Below, one piece after another: positions 53,287 through 60,386 of a stretch of DNA of 64,000 nt; the stretch's first letter is position 1; every line of letters starts with the position of its first letter. Source of the stretch: an uncultured Bacteroidota bacterium (GTDB lineage: Bacteria > Bacteroidota > Bacteroidia > Flavobacteriales > Flavobacteriaceae); the NCBI GenBank assembly GCA_902510655.1, contig CABXBY010000001.1:29398-93397 (forward strand). Direction: 5' to 3'. The notes below the pieces were generated by a model, which made no database searches, was not told where the DNA came from, and saw only the letters and a program-made list of their open reading frames with translations. Position numbers and translations under genes: made by a program.

Positions 53287-54015
53287 ATGAACGTATTTAA
53301 TAATAGGTTTTTTCTAAACCATTTGAAGGACAAGGATTTAATAAGTTATAATGCTAATTCTTTGTGTGATGTTAAACAAGAAAAGTTAAACCATATTTTT
53401 AGGACGAACGATGTGTCTTATATTCCTATAATAAGGAGAGATTCTGAATGTTTAGGTGTTGTTAGTAGAAAAAAATATTTTTTTTCTATTCTAGATAATA
53501 AAAAGTTTGATATTAAATCTTTAATTATTGAAATGCAAGAGGTTGATAAGGAGGATTCTCTAGAAAAAACTCTTTTAAAACTTAAAAATGAGTCAGGTCT
53601 TTTATTAAAGATTGATGGTAAGATTAGAAAATTTATTTCTCCTCGGGTAGTTTCTAATGCATTTGCAACTTACTCATATAGATATATGATGATTGAAAAA
53701 GTTGAGATTGCTATTAGAAAATATATTATTAAAAATAACATTGATTTTATTGAATTATTGAAAGAAAAAAAATTAGACAAAAAATTTAATAATAAAGAGA
53801 AGGAATTAGATGACCTTTTTTTCTTTGATTATTTGATAATCTTTGGAAGCGCTTGGGAAACTTTGGATTTATTTAAAAATAATTTAGCTGATAAAAAAAT
53901 GTTTTTATCTGATTTATCACAAATTGCTCAAGTTAGAAATGATCTTTTACATTTTAGAAATAATTTAGAATTTGAGGAAAATATTTTTAAAAATATCCTC
54001 AAGTTTTTGAAATAA
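53287..54015 (+). CDS. CBS-pair domain fused to a Swt1-like HEPN domain (putative ligand-gated RNase)
   Basis: Two CBS-like units (YIPIIRRDSECLGVVSRKKYF; LLLKIDGKIRKFISPRVV). The C-terminal helical region has LFFFDYLIIFGSAWETL and the HEPN R-x4-H motif in AQVRNDLLHF. Confidence 0.6.
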   Translation: MNVFNNRFFLNHLKDKDLISYNANSLCDVKQEKLNHIFRTNDVSYIPIIRRDSECLGVVSRKKYFFSILDNKKFDIKSLIIEMQEVDKEDSLEKTLLKLKNESGLLLKIDGKIRKFISPRVVSNAFATYSYRYMMIEKVEIAIRKYIIKNNIDFIELLKEKKLDKKFNNKEKELDDLFFFDYLIIFGSAWETLDLFKNNLADKKMFLSDLSQIAQVRNDLLHFRNNLEFEENIFKNILKFLK

Positions 54016-54488
54016 TGAAAAAAATAATCTTTATCGATATGGATGGTGTACTTGTAGATTTTGGAAAGCAAGTCAAGAAAGCTAGAGAAAATCCTAATTT
54101 AAGTGATAGATTAAAAAATCATCCTGATCAAATTCCAAATATTTTTAAAAACCCTCCAGTGTATGAGGGAGCAATTGAAGGTGTTAATCAGTTGTACTCT
54201 TCAAACTTGTATGATCTTTTTATTGCTACATCACCAGCTTGGTTTAATCCAATGAGTTTTACTCATAAAAGATTATGGATTGAGAAGTATTTCGGTCAAT
54301 TGTTTAAAAAAAAAATGATTATAACTCATAGAAAAGATTTACTTATTGGAGATTATTTGATTGATGATAGATTAGCCAATGGGGCTAAAGATTTCAAAGG
54401 AAAGTTATTGAGATTTGGTTATGATTATGAAAAAAAAACATGGAACGAATATCGAGATTGGGATTCGATTATTAAATATTTATTATAA
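54015..54488 (+). CDS. 5'(3')-deoxyribonucleotidase (NT5C-type HAD phosphatase)
   Basis: HAD motif I IFIDMDGVLVDF, motif II LFIATSP, and motif IV LIGDYLIDDR. 157 aa. The ATG overlaps the upstream stop (TAATG). Confidence 0.7.
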   Translation: MKKIIFIDMDGVLVDFGKQVKKARENPNLSDRLKNHPDQIPNIFKNPPVYEGAIEGVNQLYSSNLYDLFIATSPAWFNPMSFTHKRLWIEKYFGQLFKKKMIITHRKDLLIGDYLIDDRLANGAKDFKGKLLRFGYDYEKKTWNEYRDWDSIIKYLL

Positions 54489-54493
54489 AAACT

Positions 54494-55279
54494 ATGGAAA
54501 AATTAATTAATGAGGCTTTTAAGAGTTATTTGAAAACAGCCAAGCTAGAAAGTAATGAATCAAATATGCCTTATTACATAAACAATAGAAATATTGTTCC
54601 TGTTAAAATTAAAATTGAACAATTTCTTCATTTGATTTCAGTTGATAAAGAATTTAGAAAAAGGTGGTGGAAAACAGCTCCCTCGTTTGAAAATTTAAAG
54701 GATAATTCATTAATTCAACAGGACTCTCTGATGAAAATAATTATAGGAATTTTGAATGATCCTAATCTAAAGGAACTAAATCAACATGGAAAGAAAGGTC
54801 AAGTTTTATATCTTTTTGGAAATGCTGTTGCTTCTTACAGCAACTACAATCATTATTATTTAATCTCAAAAGAAGCTCTTTTGGTTCTTAAAAACAATGA
54901 TATTGATGTTAGTTCACCAGTTAGTAGATCTAAAATCTTCGAAATTAGACACAATAGAAAAAAACTATTAACCTTTGAACATATGTGTCCTTCATCTCAG
55001 TTAATAAAATTATTGATTGAACTTAGAGAAAATCATGAAAGTGGAAAAAATAAATCTTCGAATTTAAGTTTAAATGAAAAGATTTTAGAGAAGTTTTATA
55101 ATTATGGTTTAGTATGTATAATTACTAAAGATGAAGATATGGGATTGAAAGGAAAATTAAGAACAGATTTATCATTTAGCTCTAAAACCAGTACTTCTCA
55201 AATGTTAAATAGATATGAAAAAGCAAATATAGAATTAGCCAATACACTAATTCCAGTTTATGGAAAAATGTACAGATGA
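54494..55279 (+). CDS. Hypothetical protein (261 aa), operon member
   Basis: 5-nt gap to the upstream gene and 4-nt ATGA overlap with the downstream gene. The only suggestive motif is LTFEHMCPSS (E-H-x2-P, as in some His-Me finger/DUF1524-type nucleases), which is weak evidence. Confidence 0.5.
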   Translation: MEKLINEAFKSYLKTAKLESNESNMPYYINNRNIVPVKIKIEQFLHLISVDKEFRKRWWKTAPSFENLKDNSLIQQDSLMKIIIGILNDPNLKELNQHGKKGQVLYLFGNAVASYSNYNHYYLISKEALLVLKNNDIDVSSPVSRSKIFEIRHNRKKLLTFEHMCPSSQLIKLLIELRENHESGKNKSSNLSLNEKILEKFYNYGLVCIITKDEDMGLKGKLRTDLSFSSKTSTSQMLNRYEKANIELANTLIPVYGKMYR

Positions 55280-56766
55280 AATATAAACTTTCCAAATCGA
55301 CTTTTATTAGAGGGCTTCAATGTGAGAAGTCACTGTATCTATACAAGAAACATTATAAATTAAAAGATCCCACTAGCCCATCATTACAAGCTGTTTTTGA
55401 CCAGGGAAATAAAATTGGTGTATTAGCTCAATCCTTATTCAAAGGAGGTGTAGATGCTTCTCCTTCAAGTCATTTTAGGATGATGGAATCCGTAACAAAA
55501 ACCAAAGCATTTTTAGGAAGTGGAGAATCCATAATTTATGAAGCTACATTCACCTACAATGAAGTATTAGCTGCACTTGATATATTGGTAAAAGATAAGG
55601 ATGGTTGGAAAGCTTACGAAGTTAAAAGCTCAACCTCTGTTTCAGAGACCTACATTAAGGATGCAGCTATTCAATATTACACAATTGTAAACTCAGGAAT
55701 CGATTTAGTTGATATTTCTGTAGTTCATATAAATAATCAATATGTCTTAGATGGAAATTTAGATATTGATCAGTTATTTACTATTGAATCAGTAAAAGAT
55801 AGAGTCTTAGATTATCTTCCTGAAATCCCTAGTGAAATCACAAGATTGAAGAACGTTATCGAACTTGATTCAGCTCCTAATATTGATATTGGATCTCATT
55901 GTAATGAACCTTATGACTGTGATTTTAAAGGAACTTGTTGGAAACATATTCCCGAGTATTCTGTATTTGATATCTCTAATCTAAACAAAAAGAAAAAGTT
56001 TGATTTTTATAATAGGGGTATTCTAACTTTAGATCAGGTAGATTTATCACAAACAAAGCTTAGTGAAAATCAAATATTACAAATTGAATCTGAAGTTGAA
56101 GGAAAGTCTTATATCAACAAAAATGAAATTGGAAATTTTTTACATAATCTTAATTACCCTTTATACTATCTAGATTTTGAAACCATTAACCCTGGTGTTC
56201 CTAAATATCAAGGTTTAAGGCCCTATCAAAATAGTATATTTCAGTATTCTCTACATGTTAAACAATCAGAACATTCAGAACTAATACATAAAGAATTCCT
56301 TGCTGATCCAATAAAAGATCCTAGGGTTGAACTTATTGAGCAGTTAATAAGTGATTGTGGACATTCAGGCGATATATTAGTTTACAACATAAGCTTTGAA
56401 AGAAGCAGATTACATGAACTAATTGAGCAATTTCCTGAACATAAAGATCCGTTACAATGCATTATAGAAAGACTTAAGGATCTTATGATACCATTTCAAA
56501 ATAAGTGGTATTATACGCCTGAAATGAGAGGCAGTTATTCTATCAAGAGTATACTTCCAGCACTTATTCCAGAACTATCATACAATGATCTTAATATTAA
56601 TGATGGTGGAACAGCATCTTCAACATTTCAATCTATGATGAATGGTAGTTTTAAAGGAGATGAATTATCAACTAGAAAAGATTTATTAGAATATTGTAAG
56701 TTGGATACATATGCTATGGTTAAAATTATAGATAAGCTGAAAAATAAAATTATTTTAAATTTTTAA
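55276..56766 (+). CDS. DUF2779-like protein: Cas4/RecB-like PD-(D/E)xK nuclease domain fused to a DEDDy-like exonuclease domain
   Basis: N-terminus KLSKSTFIRGLQCEKSLYLY. PD-(D/E)xK elements IIYEATF / AALDILV / AYEVKSS. Cysteines in a 1+3 arrangement (C16, and HCNEPYDCDFKGTCW). The C-terminal half has YLDFET (DxE), VYNISFE (Nx2FE) and EYCKLDTYAM (Yx3D). Confidence 0.65.
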   Translation: MKYKLSKSTFIRGLQCEKSLYLYKKHYKLKDPTSPSLQAVFDQGNKIGVLAQSLFKGGVDASPSSHFRMMESVTKTKAFLGSGESIIYEATFTYNEVLAALDILVKDKDGWKAYEVKSSTSVSETYIKDAAIQYYTIVNSGIDLVDISVVHINNQYVLDGNLDIDQLFTIESVKDRVLDYLPEIPSEITRLKNVIELDSAPNIDIGSHCNEPYDCDFKGTCWKHIPEYSVFDISNLNKKKKFDFYNRGILTLDQVDLSQTKLSENQILQIESEVEGKSYINKNEIGNFLHNLNYPLYYLDFETINPGVPKYQGLRPYQNSIFQYSLHVKQSEHSELIHKEFLADPIKDPRVELIEQLISDCGHSGDILVYNISFERSRLHELIEQFPEHKDPLQCIIERLKDLMIPFQNKWYYTPEMRGSYSIKSILPALIPELSYNDLNINDGGTASSTFQSMMNGSFKGDELSTRKDLLEYCKLDTYAMVKIIDKLKNKIILNF

Positions 56767-56850
56767 TTGGTAATACCCTACTCTAATAATATCGGTTTTC
56801 TTTTGATGGGAGGTGTTCGTATCAGTATGTATAATAGTGAGAGTCTTAGT
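56761..56850 (+). repeat. Direct repeat copy 2 (~90 bp)
   Basis: TTTTAATTGGTAATACCCTACTCTAATAATATCGGTTTTCTTTTGATGGGAGGTG... Its head contains the TAA stop (56764-56766) of the DUF2779-like gene. Confidence 0.85.
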
Positions 56851-56861
56851 TCCTTATTCTA

Positions 56862-57839
56862 TTAGTTTATCAATTTTATTCTAGTTAAATACTGATGAGA
56901 AGTCATGTACAAATATTCATATTTGTCATCAAAAGCACAATTTGCACTTCTAACTTCAATTCGAATTGTACCAATATGATTTCCGTCGCTTTTAATCAAC
57001 AAAACTCCACCAGGACCTGTTGCAAAAATAGTACCTGATGGATGTATTTTTAAACCATCAAATGCCCCAATATCTTTTTTAGATAAAACAGAGCCATCAA
57101 AAAATATTTCAGGATTTCCTACACCATAATCATTGATTTGATATTTCATAATTATAGGACTTTTTGAATCAGAATTAGCAACATATAAAGTTTTTTCATC
57201 ATTTGAAATAGCAATACCGTTGGGTCTTGATAAGTTTTTAATTAAAAGTTTTAGTTCACCATTTGGGCTAAGTCTAAAAACACCGTTGAATTGTAATTCT
57301 TTTAATTCGTCATTATCCCCATTTTTAAACCCATATGGTGGATCAGTGAAAAATAACTCGTTTTTGCTATTATATACTAAATCATTCGGGCTGTTAAACA
57401 GTTTCTTGTTGAATGATGTTGCTATAGGAATAACTTTATTGCTTTGCCAATCTTCAAGTTTTACTATTCTTCTATCACCATGCATACAGATTATTAAGTT
57501 TCCTTGCTGATCAATTGTTAAACCATTTGTACCATCTTTTTTTGAATTAGCAACAATTCCTGAGTATCCAATTTCGTTTAAAAAAACATCCAAACCATTT
57601 AGTTCATCCCATTTATAAATAACATTATTAGGAACATCAGAAAAAAGAACAGCATTTAGTTTTTTAGACCATACTGGACCTTCTGACCAACTAAACCCTT
57701 TTGCAATAATTTCAATTTTTGAATCTTTAGAAATAAAATCATCTATTTCATTTGATATTCTTTCAACAGAACCAATAAAATCATATTGCCCAAAAGAAAC
57801 AAGTGGAATATACAGTAATAGTAGTATTAGCTTTTTCAT
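56862..57839 (-). CDS. SMP-30/gluconolactonase/LRE-family protein (secreted)
   Basis: Signal peptide. SEGPVWS, NSPNDLV and RPNGIA beta-propeller motifs. Confidence 0.75.
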   Translation of the reverse strand: MKKLILLLLYIPLVSFGQYDFIGSVERISNEIDDFISKDSKIEIIAKGFSWSEGPVWSKKLNAVLFSDVPNNVIYKWDELNGLDVFLNEIGYSGIVANSKKDGTNGLTIDQQGNLIICMHGDRRIVKLEDWQSNKVIPIATSFNKKLFNSPNDLVYNSKNELFFTDPPYGFKNGDNDELKELQFNGVFRLSPNGELKLLIKNLSRPNGIAISNDEKTLYVANSDSKSPIIMKYQINDYGVGNPEIFFDGSVLSKKDIGAFDGLKIHPSGTIFATGPGGVLLIKSDGNHIGTIRIEVRSANCAFDDKYEYLYMTSHQYLTRIKLIN

Positions 57840-57917
57840 TTTTTATTTTTAATTAAATATGTCCTGATATAACAGCAATTAATCCAGGAAAATGCTAAAT
57901 TCTAAAGTGAGAATTTT

Positions 57918-58886
57918 TTATAGATTTTTTATATAGCTTATTAATCCATTAAAATAATTTTCTGAATCATCCCACATTGCCATATGACTTCCGTTTGGAC
58001 AGTGCAAGTATGATCCGTTCTGAACTTCGTTAGCCATCCATTCCATTTGTTTTGGATCCATAGTATCGTATTCTGCTCCAATGGATAGAAAAGGAACATT
58101 TATTTTATTTAACTCTTGGGTTACATCCCAATCTTTTAAGCTCGCGTTTCCAACTATTCCAAATTCGGATGGACCTTGCATTTTTAAATATATTGGAAAA
58201 TTAATTTCTGCAAATGCATTAGAAACATCTTCAGGCCAATCTTCGGCAGGTATTCTTAAGACATGTTCAGGATAGTAATTGTCATGAATTAATTTTAGAT
58301 AATTTTCATTTGTGTAATCTTCGACTGCTTCATATGATCGAATTTCTTTTAATATTTCTGGATCTAGTTTAAGAGCTAGTACATTTTTAGCATAATCATT
58401 ATAATCAGGAACAGATGGCACCATATTGGAAACTATCAAAGCTTTGAGGTTTTGTTGATATTTTAAAGCATATTCTATTCCCAGAATACCTCCCCAGGAG
58501 TGACCCAACAATATGAAGTTATCTTTATTTAACCCTAATGCTTTTCTAACCTGTTCAACTTCCTCAACATAATGATCTATTGTCCATAAATTATCGATTT
58601 GTGGATTATCACTTAACGTAGAACCTAATTGATCATAGTAGTAGTATTCTATTTCTTCACCTGGAAAATAAGATTCAAATCCTTTAAAATATTGGTGATT
58701 AGCTCCTGGACCCCCATGGAGTAATAAAACTTTTTTAGACGGATTATTGCCAATACGTTTTGTCCACACATTAAAATCACCATATTCTGTTGAGATTGGA
58801 ATCATTTTAATTGGATCAGTATTTTTTTCGTTGCAAGAAGTAAAAAAGATAAGTAAAATCAATAAAGTTGTTGATGTAGCTTTCAT
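57918..58886 (-). CDS. Alpha/beta hydrolase, proline iminopeptidase-like (lipoprotein)
   Basis: Lipobox FFTSC. LLHGGPG oxyanion motif and nucleophile elbow GHSWGG. Confidence 0.7.
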   Translation of the reverse strand: MKATSTTLLILLIFFTSCNEKNTDPIKMIPISTEYGDFNVWTKRIGNNPSKKVLLLHGGPGANHQYFKGFESYFPGEEIEYYYYDQLGSTLSDNPQIDNLWTIDHYVEEVEQVRKALGLNKDNFILLGHSWGGILGIEYALKYQQNLKALIVSNMVPSVPDYNDYAKNVLALKLDPEILKEIRSYEAVEDYTNENYLKLIHDNYYPEHVLRIPAEDWPEDVSNAFAEINFPIYLKMQGPSEFGIVGNASLKDWDVTQELNKINVPFLSIGAEYDTMDPKQMEWMANEVQNGSYLHCPNGSHMAMWDDSENYFNGLISYIKNL

Positions 58887-58944
58887 AGAATTATTTTAAA
58901 AATTTAGTGAACTAACTGCAATTTAATAAATTAAAACTTATGAA

Positions 58945-59034
58945 TTTTAATTGGTTCTACCCTACTTTAATAATATCGATTTTCTTTGGAAGAGAGGTGT
59001 TTGTATATTGATATGTAAGAGTAAGAGTAAGATT
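58945..59034 (+). repeat. Direct repeat copy 3 (~90 bp, most diverged)
   Basis: TTTTAATTGGTTCTACCCTACTTTAATAATATCGATTTTCTTTGGAAGAGAGGTG... My hand alignment gives 17 mismatches in 90 against copy 1, with the first ~55 nt best conserved. Confidence 0.8.
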
Positions 59035-59056
59035 ATGAGTGCCTTAATTAAGTGAA

Positions 59057-60358
59057 TTATAAATTTTTATAAACTCTGGAACCATACCAAGCAACATAAA
59101 AAAAGCATAATAAAGGAAGAATAAATGAAAAATTAATTTCAGATATTCCTAAAATTTGAATATCGTTTACACCTCTTCCCCCAGCATCTATAACAATTCC
59201 TTGAACTTTTGGTAATAAAGCACTACCAACAATAGCCATAACTAATCCAGCGGAACCAATTTTAGATTGTTCCTCTGTAAGATTACCAAGAGCAATACCA
59301 TAAATTGTTGGAAACATCAAAGAAAGAAAAAATGAAACTGCTACTAAACAATACAAACCAATAACACCATTAATAAGAATAGTTCCTAAGACAAACAACA
59401 TAGCTAATAAAGCAAAAGACATTAATAGTTTTCCTGAATTTATAAATCTTAGTAAATATGTGCCTACAGCTCGGCCAATTGCAAAAAGAACAAAAGCTAC
59501 CATTTGGTAGTATCCAGTTGTTACACTATCCATTCCAAAACCCTCTGCATATTGATAGATATAAGTCCAACACATTACCATACCACCTACATTTAAAAAT
59601 TGAGCCAATACACCCAATACATAATTACTGTCTTTAGCTAAAGTTGAAAATGTATTACTAATACTTGGCATCCCATTTTCATCTTTAAAATGTGGCATTT
59701 TGATAGTTGCAAATAATATAAAAACTACTATAATTACTAAACCTAAAACAACATAAGGATCTCTAATGACTAATAAATCAGATGTTTTTATTAGAATTTT
59801 AGAAGCTTCATCTAAAGTGCTAAAATCTGAAATATCATCTGATTGCAAATTTTTAAGAACAAATTGTTGAGCTACAAGTAGTCCTGCAATAAGTCCTAAA
59901 GGATTGAAGGCCTGTGCTAAATTTAAGCGTTGAGTCGCAGTTTCTTTATCTCCTAAGGACAGTATATATGGATTTGCTGCTGTTTCCAAAAACGCTAGTC
60001 CAAATGTTAATATATAAAGTGCCAAACAAAAAAACCAAAACTTTTCATTTAATGCAGCTGGATAAAATAATAACGCCCCGGTAGCATATAAACCTAATCC
60101 TATCAAAATACAAGTTTTATAAGAATATTTTCTCATTAACATAGCTGCAGGTAATGCCATACAAAAATAACCTCCGTAAAATGCCATTTGTACCCAAGCT
60201 GCTTGAGAATTTGTTAACTCTAACACCTTTTTAAATGCTTGAACCATTGGATCTGTTACCGCATTAGCAAACCCCCACAATACAAAAAGAGATGTTACCA
60301 AAACAAATGGAATTAATAATTTTTTTGAAACTACTTTTGGTTTACTGAGTTTATTCAT
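59057..60358 (-). CDS. FucP/GluP-family sugar:H+ symporter (MFS)
   Basis: 433 aa, 12-TM pattern. The N-terminal VLVTSLFVLWGFANAVTDPMVQAFKK is typical of fucose/glucose-galactose permeases. Confidence 0.8.
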   Translation of the reverse strand: MNKLSKPKVVSKKLLIPFVLVTSLFVLWGFANAVTDPMVQAFKKVLELTNSQAAWVQMAFYGGYFCMALPAAMLMRKYSYKTCILIGLGLYATGALLFYPAALNEKFWFFCLALYILTFGLAFLETAANPYILSLGDKETATQRLNLAQAFNPLGLIAGLLVAQQFVLKNLQSDDISDFSTLDEASKILIKTSDLLVIRDPYVVLGLVIIVVFILFATIKMPHFKDENGMPSISNTFSTLAKDSNYVLGVLAQFLNVGGMVMCWTYIYQYAEGFGMDSVTTGYYQMVAFVLFAIGRAVGTYLLRFINSGKLLMSFALLAMLFVLGTILINGVIGLYCLVAVSFFLSLMFPTIYGIALGNLTEEQSKIGSAGLVMAIVGSALLPKVQGIVIDAGGRGVNDIQILGISEINFSFILPLLCFFYVAWYGSRVYKNL

Positions 60359-60386
60359 TTAATAAAAGATTTAAAACGGTTATTAG

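Larger units (their letters stand above)
50797..59043. other. Accessory (variable) region between tRNA-Ser and the polysaccharide-utilisation genes, divided by three direct repeats
   Basis: It starts right after a tRNA gene. All cassette-1 genes are non-housekeeping and nuclease-rich. Three same-orientation ~90-bp repeats lie at 50906, 56761 and 58945. No integrase is seen in the window. Confidence 0.55.

Noticed and set aside
51000-56760. Compositional (GC) anomaly as evidence that the island is foreign
   Set aside because: By eye the island is as AT-rich as its flanks. I cannot compute skew or k-mer statistics here, so I make no composition-based claim of horizontal transfer.
50906-59034. 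The three repeats as a CRISPR array
   Set aside because: There are only three imperfect copies, ~90 bp long, separated by 5.8 and 2.1 kb of protein-coding genes. No cas genes are present.
50906-59034. The repeats as integron attC sites bounding gene cassettes
   Set aside because: No IntI-type integrase is present. I could not find R''/R' (GTTRRRY) cores or the imperfect internal dyad symmetry of attC. The cassettes contain several genes in both orientations.
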